This document shows positions 37,538-47,251 of a stretch of DNA of 64,000 bases, one piece after another. Position 1 is the stretch's first letter, and every line of letters starts with the position of its first letter. The stretch lies in IMG/VR virus record IMGVR_UViG_3300045988_183796; one strand, written 5' to 3'. The position numbers and the translations under genes are program-made. Under the pieces are notes generated by a model. It was not told the origin of the DNA. It did no database searches and saw only the letters and a program-made list of their open reading frames with translations. The stretch is from a virus.

Positions 37538-39571
37538 ATGGTAAGAAGAAAAGCAAACGACTTGGAAAATCAGATGTCGCTGATGGACATGATGGCATCG
37601 AAAAGCCCCGAATATACCGAAGAAGGCCCGGAAGAACTCTTGGACCCCGGCGAGGACATGGAGGACAGTGAAGGGCAGACGGATAAGCCCTTCAAACTCG
37701 TGGCGAACAAGACCACGAAGGCAAAGGCGAGCATCTCCACGCAGGCGTTGAGTGTTGTGAAGGCGGTATATGCTGATACGGTAGAAACGAATTGGGAAGA
37801 GTTGTTTGACGGGTTCGACAGACTCTATGCTATCACTTTTTCGTCCGGTATCGAGTTCGTGAATAAGGTCATCAACAAGTTCTCGTATGCGGAAGTCGTG
37901 TTCGGATGCGAGAAAATCATCGCCAACGACATTGCTGCCATCATGTCGGTGCAAATCGACAGCGTGCAGCGGCTCGCTAAGTCTAAGTCGGCAGGGAACC
38001 TTGCGAACCGCCTCGATGACGGGTCCTTGCAGCTGTATGTATCGCGAGACACGAAATCGCACGAGAAAATCTTTATCTTGGAGAGCGCTGACCATAAGCG
38101 TGTCCGAGTCATCACCGGCAGTGCGAATATGTCGGCATCGGCGTTTTGCGGCATTCAGCGAGAGAATATCGTCTGCTTCGATGACGAGGCGGCATTTTCG
38201 CATTACAAGGTTCTGTTCGAGACCTTCAAGGAGACCTGCTCCGACAATGTCTCCTATAAGGCAGTCGTGAACACCATGAACCAGGAAGATTATCTGAAAG
38301 AGAACATCAAAGAAGTGCCCGTCTTTCAGTCTATTGAAAAGCAGAAGCTTGTCTTTCTGGAACAGGCACAGCCTGAGGATGAGGTCGAATACGAGATAGC
38401 TGCCGATGTCAAGAAAATGCAGGAACTCGTCAAGCCAATCATGCCTAAGATGCCGGTACAGGCGAATCGTATTGTAGTGGCAGCGGAACCGATGCGCGTT
38501 TTCGGGAAACGATATACCGAGGTGCGGCGTGTGGCAGCTGAGGCAGTTAAGCAGCTCCCAAAATTACATATCGACTATGATGCCGGGACCATGACCTTCA
38601 ACGACGAAAATATCGACCTCAATCCGAATCTCAGCGAGGTGGCAAAGAACATCAAGAGCATCCAGAAGTTCTTCTCAGGCATGGACTACTTTTACGGCGA
38701 TGTCGAACAGGCCAAGAAGGACTACTTCAAGTACATGACCTGGTATCTGGCTACTCCGTTCATGGCGTATCTGCGGTATTTCGCATCGAGGAACAACTAC
38801 GATACGAAGCTGTTCCCGATGTACGGCGTTATATACGGCGACTCAAACGGCGGCAAGACGACCTTTATAAAATTTCTTGTCAAACTCATGTGCGGTGAGA
38901 CCGTTAAGATGAACACGACGGAGGATTTCACAGCCACAAGAATCGACGGCCTCAAACGAGTTTGTGAGGGACTGCCGCTGAACATCGACGACCTCGCCAA
39001 GACCCAGTTTCAGAACCATTCAGAACGGGTAATCAAGAACGATGAATGGGGTATCTCGGACAGGCTCGTGAACTATCCTGCTGTATCTATCACATCGAAT
39101 AAAATTACCTCGCTGACAAAAGACCTCTCGAAACGTGCTATCATCTGTCGAATTGGTGCTAAAATCGACAACGAGCGCGGTGCCAAGAACTCAAAGCGTG
39201 TGAATGAGAGTATGTCGGAGCTGACAACCGCGTTCTATGGCGAATATGTCCGCCGAATGCTTGTTTGCATCGATGAGATGACGACGGAAATGCGTGAAAA
39301 TGCGAATGGCAAGGAATACTTCCCGGATATCTTCCACGCTTCGTCTAGTGTCATTGCAGATATCTTCGAGGCATGCGGAATCGATTTGCCGGACTATGTG
39401 CGTATCCTGTACTATAACGACTATATGGGTGATGAGAGCATTGGTCGTGCTGCAATTGAGAAAATCGAACTGGCATGGCATGGCAGGCTGACCCGAGCAA
39501 GTTCCGGGTTGATAAGAAGCAGAACAGGCTCATTTACTCCTATCCGCCGGATGGACCGTGGTACGAACTGA
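37538..39571 (+). CDS. Fusion protein: N-terminal PLD-like (HxK...GSxN) domain plus C-terminal SF3/D5-type P-loop NTPase
   Basis: HEKIFILESADHKRVRVITGSANMS resembles the PLD HKD motif. Walker A YGDSNGGKTTF, with a downstream SITSN motif-C-like element. RBS GGAAGGATAGG. Confidence 0.65.
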   Translation: MVRRKANDLENQMSLMDMMASKSPEYTEEGPEELLDPGEDMEDSEGQTDKPFKLVANKTTKAKASISTQALSVVKAVYADTVETNWEELFDGFDRLYAITFSSGIEFVNKVINKFSYAEVVFGCEKIIANDIAAIMSVQIDSVQRLAKSKSAGNLANRLDDGSLQLYVSRDTKSHEKIFILESADHKRVRVITGSANMSASAFCGIQRENIVCFDDEAAFSHYKVLFETFKETCSDNVSYKAVVNTMNQEDYLKENIKEVPVFQSIEKQKLVFLEQAQPEDEVEYEIAADVKKMQELVKPIMPKMPVQANRIVVAAEPMRVFGKRYTEVRRVAAEAVKQLPKLHIDYDAGTMTFNDENIDLNPNLSEVAKNIKSIQKFFSGMDYFYGDVEQAKKDYFKYMTWYLATPFMAYLRYFASRNNYDTKLFPMYGVIYGDSNGGKTTFIKFLVKLMCGETVKMNTTEDFTATRIDGLKRVCEGLPLNIDDLAKTQFQNHSERVIKNDEWGISDRLVNYPAVSITSNKITSLTKDLSKRAIICRIGAKIDNERGAKNSKRVNESMSELTTAFYGEYVRRMLVCIDEMTTEMRENANGKEYFPDIFHASSSVIADIFEACGIDLPDYVRILYYNDYMGDESIGRAAIEKIELAWHGRLTRASSGLIRSRTGSFTPIRRMDRGTN

Positions 39572-39759
39572 AATACATTGCAGATGAGCTGCCGAACTCC
39601 CTCGAAGCAGAGATTTCTGGCGGCAACCAGCTTATCATGAACTACGAGCAGGCACAGAAATTGTTCGGCATCAAGTTTCGGCGCTGGCTGGGCATCTTTA
39701 ACCTCTAATATGCATGGCAGGTTCTTTTCGGAGCCTGCCTTCTTATTTCGCAAAAATAG

Positions 39760-39787
39760 TTGCCCATTTGTGCGAATTGCAGACAAT
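39760..39787 (+). promoter_or_regulatory. Regulon promoter
   Basis: TTGCCC-atttGTGCGAATtgca-GACAAT. Confidence 0.55.
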
Positions 39788-39870
39788 CAGAAATAAAGCG
39801 TAAAGCAAAGGAGCTGAGTACCATCTCAAAATTTGCAAGCAAAAAGTTGATTGAGCGAAATTGCAATATC

Positions 39871-40359
39871 ATGAAAGACTACGGCAACGGCTATTCCATT
39901 GAGGAGCTTGCCGCAAAATACAGGTTGAGCGTCCGTACATGCTATCGAGCGTTAGACGACGCGAAACAGGAGGCCAGAATTCAGCTGGCACAGGTTGAGG
40001 ATGCCAGAAAAGCTGAAATCCTTGCGGCATACAAGAACAGTGTCCCTCTCAAGGAAATGATTGCGAAATTCAACGTGACAGAAGGATATTGCGGCATGGT
40101 TGCCAACGATGCGGGCCTGACTGAAAACCGCAGAAACGAGCGCATCAAAATTAGACAAAGACCGCGCAACGAGAATATCTTTCGAGAATACGAGAGTGGC
40201 GTGCCGGTGCAGAAACTATCCGAAAAGTATCAGCTCTCGGTTCCTGGTATTTACAAGGTTATCCAGCGAGTGAGAAGGCAAAAGGAGGCGATGGAGTTTT
40301 GCAATGGATTGTTAAGCAAACCAAATCGAAAGGATATGAGTTCACCTTCGATATCGTGA
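39871..40359 (+). CDS. HTH-domain protein (repeated resolvase/sigma-region-4-like HTH units)
   Basis: Repeated motifs YSIEELAAKYRLSVRTCYRAL, PLKEMIAKFNVTEGYC and VQKLSEKYQLSVPGIYKVI. The start is uncertain; a non-ATG start further upstream near RBS AAAGGAG is possible. Confidence 0.45.
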   Translation: MKDYGNGYSIEELAAKYRLSVRTCYRALDDAKQEARIQLAQVEDARKAEILAAYKNSVPLKEMIAKFNVTEGYCGMVANDAGLTENRRNERIKIRQRPRNENIFREYESGVPVQKLSEKYQLSVPGIYKVIQRVRRQKEAMEFCNGLLSKPNRKDMSSPSIS

Positions 40360-40937
40360 AAGGCAAGGCCGTTATCGGGCAGGCACACTATATTCCGAAA
40401 GTGCTGCGGCAAGGTTATGGCATCCGGCTGAATGATTCCAAGTTCCTGCTGCAATACATGCCAGCTGGTGACGCAAGGGCGTACATGCGCGGCATCAACA
40501 CGAAAGATATTCTGAGACACCCTTTTGCTATCTGTGAGAACAACCGCACGGTAGGCGAGATTTCCGTCATCCATACAAAAACCGGATTCCTCCAAGGATA
40601 CAATTCTATCACCATGCAGCTGTATGGCGAGGAATACCAGAGCTACAAAATTGGTTTTGGAAAAGAAGGAGTATGCTGCCCTGTATTCCTTTGCGGACAG
40701 CAAATCGCCCAAATCAATAAGAGCGCGGTGGTCAAGGATAATCTGGATGAATACCTGATTTACGCAGTGAATGAAAAGGCACTGATGCCGTCCGTCGTGT
40801 TCGCCATTTATATCGATGGGATATACTACGCAAACCGCGGCGTGTATACGAATGACGCGACAACTATTAAGTGCGAGTACTGCCTGAATGAGGATGTCCT
40901 GTCTCACTATGACCCGAACTTCATCAAGGGGTTGTAA
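40299..40937 (+). CDS. Hypothetical protein
   Basis: Probable TTG start after AAGGAGG. Overlaps the end of the upstream gene. Confidence 0.45.
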   Translation: MQWIVKQTKSKGYEFTFDIVKGKAVIGQAHYIPKVLRQGYGIRLNDSKFLLQYMPAGDARAYMRGINTKDILRHPFAICENNRTVGEISVIHTKTGFLQGYNSITMQLYGEEYQSYKIGFGKEGVCCPVFLCGQQIAQINKSAVVKDNLDEYLIYAVNEKALMPSVVFAIYIDGIYYANRGVYTNDATTIKCEYCLNEDVLSHYDPNFIKGL

Positions 40938-40970
40938 TTCCAACGCCTGGCATTCACAGACAATATCATG

Positions 40971-40998
40971 TTGCGAAACTGTGCGAATCGCAGACAAT
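40971..40998 (+). promoter_or_regulatory. Regulon promoter
   Basis: TTGCGA-aactGTGCGAATcgca-GACAAT. Confidence 0.55.
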
Positions 40999-41034
40999 TA
41001 AGAACAGATGAAGTACAAAAGCTGAGGTTACACA

Positions 41035-41631
41035 ATGAGCTACGAACCTATCATAACACCTGGTAATAACTTTTTTCTTGTCTCAACAGAATACAAAGAG
41101 AGCTGCTTCGCCTGGTGCCGCAAGCAAATTAGAGCGACACTGAGGACCTGTCAGGGACGAGTCATCATCATTGATGCAACGGGCGAGTACGCGGACTTGG
41201 CGCTTGAGCATGACAGATTGATTCGAGAGAAAATTCCGTCCATTATTTATCGGTATAAGCTGGTGGACGGGAAACCGTATATTGCTCATGTCATTGAAGT
41301 TGATACGGAAGCAAATGAAGCACCGCACCTGATTGTATACGATATCAGCCGGACCATAATCACCAGCTGGAAGGTCGGCGTAGAGGCAATTGATAAAATC
41401 CTGCAATCCTATGCCGTGATGCAAGACAGTGAAATCGCGTGGTTGTATGTTCCGCTGGACTTATATACCAATGTCAAGCCCGAAAGCGAATCCTGGAACA
41501 TTCTGGAACGAACCATCAAGGGCAATGAAGGAAAGCTCATGACAGTGCTAACGACTCGAAAATTCACCATCGGCATGGTTCAGCGCTGTTTGCATATGAC
41601 AAAAAATAAACTTTTGGAGGATAGCAAATGA
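41035..41631 (+). CDS. Hypothetical protein
   Basis: RBS GCTGAGGTTACACA. Coding-like composition. Confidence 0.55.
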   Translation: MSYEPIITPGNNFFLVSTEYKESCFAWCRKQIRATLRTCQGRVIIIDATGEYADLALEHDRLIREKIPSIIYRYKLVDGKPYIAHVIEVDTEANEAPHLIVYDISRTIITSWKVGVEAIDKILQSYAVMQDSEIAWLYVPLDLYTNVKPESESWNILERTIKGNEGKLMTVLTTRKFTIGMVQRCLHMTKNKLLEDSK

Positions 41632-42515
41632 CCAAGGAACAGCTGAGAATCGCATTGACGGCGAATGCCGTTACCAAACAGACCCGTAACCATTTTGGGT
41701 TCAGTGACCCGTGTGGGAAGACTCTGGAAGAGTACAACAAATCTTCAATGCTTTGCTGTGTGACGGCAGCGCAGAAAATGAACACGCCGGGTTTCGAGCG
41801 TGTCCTTGCTGCACAGATTTTCCCCTGCTTCACCATCGGCTGCTGGAACCAGACGAAGACGGTCTGTGATTTTGACTACGAGTTCCAGAAAATTCTTATG
41901 GATACGGATGACATGGCGATTCATCAGGATATCCTGCAGCGGCTTCCGATTCGTGATTTCTTTATCCCGGTGTATGACAGCTACGACTACAACGGTATGT
42001 TCGTGCATGTGGAATTCGAAGAGAAAGAGAAGACCACTGCTTTCGGCATCGTTCTTGTCGGCCCGGCCAAAGGCAGCCATGATGATTTCACGTTCCTGAC
42101 TCTGCCTGCCTGGGCCAAAGAAAACCAGAGTTTGACGGAAGCAACTCGGAGCACGAAAGAATACCTGGAAAAGGCAGCCGGGCAGCGGCAGGTAAATGGT
42201 ATCAGCGTACCGGCTGTGATGGAAGCAGTTCCTTCGGTCTTTGACGGCGGCACACCTTATGTTCGCCTGGCAATCCTGTGTGCCTACTATCTTGCCAGTA
42301 AGAACCCTGATGTCCGCTTGGAAACTTCCAAAAAGCGTGACCGCCCGGTATTCGTGTTTCAGGGAAAGGCACAGCGAATCAACGTCAAGACATATACCGT
42401 TGGTGAGAATGCGGCCAAAGAATACAAAAAGAATGGGGAAGGCAAAACTCCCCGCTGGCAGCATTACTGGTGCGGCAATGGCCGGGAACGCCGGGAATGC
42501 AAGTTTATTTACTGA
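41628..42515 (+). CDS. Hypothetical protein
   Basis: ATGA overlap with the upstream gene. RBS TGGAGGATAGCAA. Confidence 0.55.
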   Translation: MTKEQLRIALTANAVTKQTRNHFGFSDPCGKTLEEYNKSSMLCCVTAAQKMNTPGFERVLAAQIFPCFTIGCWNQTKTVCDFDYEFQKILMDTDDMAIHQDILQRLPIRDFFIPVYDSYDYNGMFVHVEFEEKEKTTAFGIVLVGPAKGSHDDFTFLTLPAWAKENQSLTEATRSTKEYLEKAAGQRQVNGISVPAVMEAVPSVFDGGTPYVRLAILCAYYLASKNPDVRLETSKKRDRPVFVFQGKAQRINVKTYTVGENAAKEYKKNGEGKTPRWQHYWCGNGRERRECKFIY

Positions 42516-42533
42516 TGGCGGTGAGGGTGAATC

Positions 42534-43241
42534 ATGGCTCCCCATACTTATCAGGACCCGATTGGGTTCTATGAATGGTTCGATGACCTTCCTTATGCTA
42601 TCCAGGATAGTATTCTGAAACACCTGCCGCATATGGAAGGCGAGGAATGGCTCATTGTCATTATCCTTGCAGCTCTTCTTCTGATGATTCTGGTTTCAGC
42701 GTATCTGTGCTATGCAAGGCATAATGTCAGAAAGACGAGTGAACGACTCAACGCTCTGAAAGAACTGAATGCTGCAACAAAGTTTATACCGGTCGAGACG
42801 CAGTACCGATACTACCTACGCTCTGATACGAAACTGGAATACGAGGAGTTTTCACTCCCGAAATTCTTCCGCCGCGAAGTGAGAGAAAACTTTAAGCTGT
42901 TCAACACTCTTCTTGGCAATGCTCGGGCAAACACGATATTTTATGAAACATATGCCCTCGAAATCCAGGAACTCCCGGATTGGACAGAATCGGATGACGA
43001 TTGCGGGCGGCATATCCCGTTCTTCCTCTACCACAACATCGAGAAAGAGTTGTACGATGAAACTGTCCTGGACTGCCCTGTAACGAACCCTGAGTTTGTC
43101 TGTACGAAAAGTTATCTGCCCAAAGATGCCAAAGAGCCGATTGAGACGGAAGAGACCTATACACTGGAGGAACTGGAAGAGTACATACGCCGCTTGAAGG
43201 TTGCAGCCGAGGTTAAGAAAAGCGGCCAGAGTGCAAGCTGA
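42534..43241 (+). CDS. Hypothetical membrane protein (single TM helix)
   Basis: TM helix LIVIILAALLLMILVSAYL. RBS GGTGAGGGTGAA. Confidence 0.5.
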   Translation: MAPHTYQDPIGFYEWFDDLPYAIQDSILKHLPHMEGEEWLIVIILAALLLMILVSAYLCYARHNVRKTSERLNALKELNAATKFIPVETQYRYYLRSDTKLEYEEFSLPKFFRREVRENFKLFNTLLGNARANTIFYETYALEIQELPDWTESDDDCGRHIPFFLYHNIEKELYDETVLDCPVTNPEFVCTKSYLPKDAKEPIETEETYTLEELEEYIRRLKVAAEVKKSGQSAS

Positions 43242-43339
43242 AAAAAGTCAGCAGCCATAAGCAAGAGGCAGGGCCCTGTGTTTCATGGTTCCAGAACGTC
43301 TTCCCACCTTAATTTTACCAGCACTTTGATATTTTGTGG

Positions 43340-43405
43340 TTATTGACAAACGGCGCAAAAGGTGCTTGGGTTAAAAGCCCTTGCAAAAAGTGCGATATCC
43401 ATATA
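43340..43405 (+). promoter_or_regulatory. sigma70-like promoter (TTGCAA ... TATAAT) preceded by a copy of the 27-bp element
   Basis: ttgcaaaaagtgcgatatccatataataaa, with ATTTTACCAGCACTTTGATATTTTGTGG just upstream. Confidence 0.45.
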
Positions 43406-43437
43406 ATAAATTGAAATTCAAAAGGGAGATACACATT

Positions 43438-44046
43438 ATGAGTGAACAGAAAGAAAATGCTCAGCTCGAAGCTTATCGGAAGCTCGTTGAAGATTTCAAG
43501 CGCTTTGTCAGCTCTGAGATTCGAACGGAGGAAAACAGTTACCGAATTGTGGACATGACTTCCGAAGATGCCGAAATCGATGACCCGAGCGTTCCGGTGA
43601 CTCAACTGGAGGACGAAAAAGCAGAGAAGCTTGCCGGTATTTGCATGGACCTGTCCAATGCCACGCTGTGGCTCTACTACAACCGTGACAAATTTGCAAA
43701 CGTCGAGTTCATGCCCCTGACTGATGAAACTCTGAAAGAATACCAGAAGCAGGCTCAGAATGCTCTGAATGAACCGAAGAGCCCTCTGTATCTGAAATCC
43801 TGGTATCAGCTCATTGAAATGTTGAGTCAGGAATGTATCCCGCAGCGCTACGAGGACGACGGTCAGCGATATACAGACGTCTATGTGAACACCTATATGC
43901 TCATGTACCTGACCATGACCCGACTCAAGAACGGCGGAACCTTTACACGCCTTGCAAACGGGCAGGGAAGCGATGCTGTGAAAATCACGACCATCGCAAT
44001 GTACTACTTCTCCAGCCTTTTGACGGTTCTCTGCACTGAATATTAA
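43438..44046 (+). CDS. Hypothetical protein
   Basis: RBS AAAAGGGAGATACACATT. Confidence 0.55.
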   Translation: MSEQKENAQLEAYRKLVEDFKRFVSSEIRTEENSYRIVDMTSEDAEIDDPSVPVTQLEDEKAEKLAGICMDLSNATLWLYYNRDKFANVEFMPLTDETLKEYQKQAQNALNEPKSPLYLKSWYQLIEMLSQECIPQRYEDDGQRYTDVYVNTYMLMYLTMTRLKNGGTFTRLANGQGSDAVKITTIAMYYFSSLLTVLCTEY

Positions 44047-44056
44047 GAAATTTTTT

Positions 44057-44094
44057 CCCGTGTGAGCAGCGACGCTCATGCGGGAATTTTTTTG
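44057..44094. terminator. Intrinsic terminator
   Basis: cccgtgtgagcagcgacgctcatgcggg followed by a T-run. Confidence 0.7.
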
Positions 44095-44104
44095 TGATTT
44101 TCTA

Positions 44105-44132
44105 TTGTCAATCTGTGCGAATTACGTACAAT
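44105..44132 (+). promoter_or_regulatory. Regulon promoter
   Basis: TTGTCA-atctGTGCGAATtacg-TACAAT. Confidence 0.6.
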
Positions 44133-44165
44133 GAAAAATATAAACCAAAAATATATCTTATCGTT

Positions 44166-44200
44166 GTCCCGCATGAGTTGTTTGTGCGGGACTTTTTTGT
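44166..44200 (+). terminator. Leader-embedded intrinsic terminator/attenuator between the promoter and gene 44221
   Basis: Perfect 8-bp stem gtcccgca...tgcgggac followed by TTTTTTG. Confidence 0.6.
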
Positions 44201-44220
44201 TTGCGGAAAGGAAATGCACT

Positions 44221-44418
44221 ATGTACGGTTTATCAGAAGAAAGCTTAACGATTGTTGGTGTTATTTTGATTGTGGTTGGTGTCGCTATGATTGGTTGGGG
44301 ATTTGAATGGAATCAGGACATTACCAATGATAAACGGGTCGGAACCGTTGTCAGAGACATTGGCGTTATGGTTTTGGCAACCGGCATTATATTTGTGATG
44401 CAGCGGGCAATGAACTAA
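44221..44418 (+). CDS. Small two-TM membrane protein
   Basis: RBS GGAAAGGAAATG. Two hydrophobic helices. Confidence 0.45.
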   Translation: MYGLSEESLTIVGVILIVVGVAMIGWGFEWNQDITNDKRVGTVVRDIGVMVLATGIIFVMQRAMN

Positions 44419-44434
44419 ATTGAGAAAAAGTAAG

Positions 44435-44465
44435 GCAGGCTCATTTCGGGCCTGCTTGTTTTTTG
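44435..44465 (+). terminator. Intrinsic terminator
   Basis: gcaggctcatttcgggcctgc followed by a T-run. Confidence 0.7.
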
Positions 44466-44473
44466 GGTGAAAT

Positions 44474-46669
44474 ATGATTACAACAAAGAAGATTGACCCA
44501 CGGCCATATCAGCAGAAAGCTGCTGCGGCGATTCATAGAGAGTGGGATGCCGGGAATAAGAAAACGCTGGTTGTGATGCCGACCGGAACCGGCAAAACTA
44601 TTGTGTTTGCAAGCATCGTGAACGACCAGGTGGAAAAGGGCGAACACGTTTTGATTCTTGCGCACCGGGAAGAGCTTTTACAGCAGGCAAGCGACAAGCT
44701 CAAGATGGTGACGGGGCTAGAGACCGCATTGGAGAAAGCTCAGAACTCGGCACTTGATTCCGATAAAATGGTCGTTGTCGCCAGTGTTCAGACTCTCTCT
44801 AAGCAGAATCGGTTAATGAAGTATCCGCGTGATTATTTCGGGGCTATCATCATTGATGAAGCGCATCACACGGCAGCCAAAACTTACAAGGGAATTCTCG
44901 AGCATTTCATTGATGCCAAAGTGTTGGGCGTGACTGCAACACCCGACCGAAGCGACATGAAATCCCTATCTGATATCTTTGATAGTCTTGCATTTGAATA
45001 TAAGCTCCCGGATGCAATTCGGGAAGGATATCTCTGCAAAATTAACACGAAGACAATTCCGGTCGAGGTAGACATCAGCAAGGTTCATATCAATGCCGGT
45101 GATTTCAGTGCTCAGGACCTCGGCAATGTTCTTGACCTGTATCTGGACACGATTGCGGATGCCATTGTGCGAGAATGCCTGAACCGAAAGACTGTCATCT
45201 TTACGCCTCTGGTACGAATCAGCAAAAGACTGTGCAATATCCTCAATAAGCGAAACTTCAAGACCGCAGAAGTCAATGGCGCGTCTGCGGACCGGGAGGA
45301 CGTTCTGAAAGGGTTTGACAATGGCGAGTACAAGGCGCTGACGAACGCGATGCTCCTGACGGAAGGCTGGGATTGCCCGACCGTTGACTGTATCATCTGC
45401 TTGCGTCCTACCAAGAGCCGTAGCCTGTATGCGCAGATTGTGGGACGCGGAACACGCCTATGTGAAGGGAAAAAGAATCTTCTCGTGCTGGATTTCCTGT
45501 GGCTGACAAAGAAACATAGTCTTTGCCATCCTGCTGATATTTTCTGTGAAGACCCGGAAGTGGCACAAAAGACCACCGATATGCTGGCGGATGCGGCACT
45601 CACCGGTTCGAATAGCCAGGAAAATTTCGGGAGTCCCGAATTGGGGCTGATTGAGGCAATCGAGGAAGCACAGACTGAGCTGGACGAGGAAAAGCGGAAA
45701 GCACTGTGTGAACTCGAAAAGCAGGATACGATTCAGCGCAAGCTCAAGGCACAGCGTCAAAAGCCGAGAGGATTGGTTGACCCGCTGCAGTACATTTTCA
45801 GCATCGAAGCGCCGGAACTCAACGATTATCAGCCGATGTTTGAGAGTGAGAGGCAGGAGCCTTCCGATGACATCATCGATAGTATTTCGTGCTACGGCGT
45901 AAAAGGGGATGCCATCAAATCTCAGGGCCTTGCCGCTGCAATTCTCAAACGACTCATTGCTCGCAGAGCCAGCGGAATGGCTACCCCGAAACAAATTCGG
46001 TGTCTTGAAAGTTTTGGGTTCGTCCATGTTGGGCGCTGGACATTGCGGTATGCAAGCGGCTTTTTGGACATCATCAGTTCTCATGACTGGAAACTTCCGA
46101 ATGGGTTCGACGCATCCACGCTGGACCCGGAAAAGAATACGGCAGAAGACCTCGCCAAGCTGTATCCAGACTACAAGGAAGATGAGACGAAGAAAGCACC
46201 GCGTGGGGATGCTTTCATCTGCTGCTACTACGATGCAAGCTACAATTTGGCTCGCAAGAAGGTCTGCAACAGTGAAAAAGAAATGTTGAATCTGTATTAT
46301 TCACTGTTCAATACTTGCGAAGCAAAGTACTTCTATTATACGAAGGAAGCTGATGCCTGGATGGCAGAAAAGCAGAATCTAATTGCCAGAAAGACTGGAA
46401 CACCGATTCCTGCCGCACAGCCGACTCAGGCAACACCCGCAGTACCTCCTCCCTTTGTCCCGACAGCTCCCGCTAAGAGCCACGAATATTATTGCTGCCT
46501 TGCCCGATGGGATGGGTCCTACATTGGCTATGAAACTTACAAGAGTGAGCAGGCAGCTCAGAATGCCCGAAAGCAGATTGCCCGGCGCGGTGAGACGGCA
46601 GTGTATGCCACAGTAGAGGAAGCCGAAGCGTGGGTCGAACAACAGAAGGCGGCAAGAACCAGGAGGTAA
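44474..46669 (+). CDS. SF2 DEAD/DEAH-box helicase (type III restriction-res-like helicase core) with a C-terminal extension
   Basis: Walker A VVMPTGTGKT. DEAH box IIIDEAHH. Helicase C motifs LTEGWDCP, QIVGRGTR. Confidence 0.8.
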   Translation: MITTKKIDPRPYQQKAAAAIHREWDAGNKKTLVVMPTGTGKTIVFASIVNDQVEKGEHVLILAHREELLQQASDKLKMVTGLETALEKAQNSALDSDKMVVVASVQTLSKQNRLMKYPRDYFGAIIIDEAHHTAAKTYKGILEHFIDAKVLGVTATPDRSDMKSLSDIFDSLAFEYKLPDAIREGYLCKINTKTIPVEVDISKVHINAGDFSAQDLGNVLDLYLDTIADAIVRECLNRKTVIFTPLVRISKRLCNILNKRNFKTAEVNGASADREDVLKGFDNGEYKALTNAMLLTEGWDCPTVDCIICLRPTKSRSLYAQIVGRGTRLCEGKKNLLVLDFLWLTKKHSLCHPADIFCEDPEVAQKTTDMLADAALTGSNSQENFGSPELGLIEAIEEAQTELDEEKRKALCELEKQDTIQRKLKAQRQKPRGLVDPLQYIFSIEAPELNDYQPMFESERQEPSDDIIDSISCYGVKGDAIKSQGLAAAILKRLIARRASGMATPKQIRCLESFGFVHVGRWTLRYASGFLDIISSHDWKLPNGFDASTLDPEKNTAEDLAKLYPDYKEDETKKAPRGDAFICCYYDASYNLARKKVCNSEKEMLNLYYSLFNTCEAKYFYYTKEADAWMAEKQNLIARKTGTPIPAAQPTQATPAVPPPFVPTAPAKSHEYYCCLARWDGSYIGYETYKSEQAAQNARKQIARRGETAVYATVEEAEAWVEQQKAARTRR

Positions 46670-46673
46670 CAAG

Positions 46674-47216
46674 ATGCGTACAAACAAGACGGCAAGCCAT
46701 ATTTACTATGAGCTTGACCACGATGTGCAGGAATATGCGAAACGGCTTTTAGCCAAAAAAATTCTGCACGCGGCACAGCAGAATAATGCCGCTCCGTTAT
46801 CTGATAAAACGGCAAAGAAGACTGCTGAGACGGCAGTATTTCTGACCGAACGCCTCGCGCTTTTGTATGAGCTGAATTCTGGATTCCGAGGCATCCGATT
46901 CAGCACTTTCGGAGAACAACCTGCTGTTTACACTACCATGGTCCAGCACAATGCTCCGCTGTACGATGAGCTGATGCTTGGACGGGCCTATAACCTTGCC
47001 AACTACCTTACTGCTGATAATGAGGATATCAAAGAATCTGCTTTGATGAAGCACAAGGTTTTGGCAGCAATTTATAGTGCCGCTGCATACATGAAAGGGC
47101 AGACTCCGGAGCAGGGAAAAATCTCGATTCAGAACCAGCTGTTTGTGTCTACGGCTGTTGAGCTGTTTGATGGTCTTTTGAGTGCAGCGGAAGAGAAAAA
47201 AGAACGGCAGCGATAA
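46674..47216 (+). CDS. Hypothetical protein
   Basis: Starts 5 nt after the helicase stop. Confidence 0.5.
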   Translation: MRTNKTASHIYYELDHDVQEYAKRLLAKKILHAAQQNNAAPLSDKTAKKTAETAVFLTERLALLYELNSGFRGIRFSTFGEQPAVYTTMVQHNAPLYDELMLGRAYNLANYLTADNEDIKESALMKHKVLAAIYSAAAYMKGQTPEQGKISIQNQLFVSTAVELFDGLLSAAEEKKERQR

Positions 47217-47251
47217 AAGTGTCGCCTGAGTTAGAAATTAGGAGAATTTGC

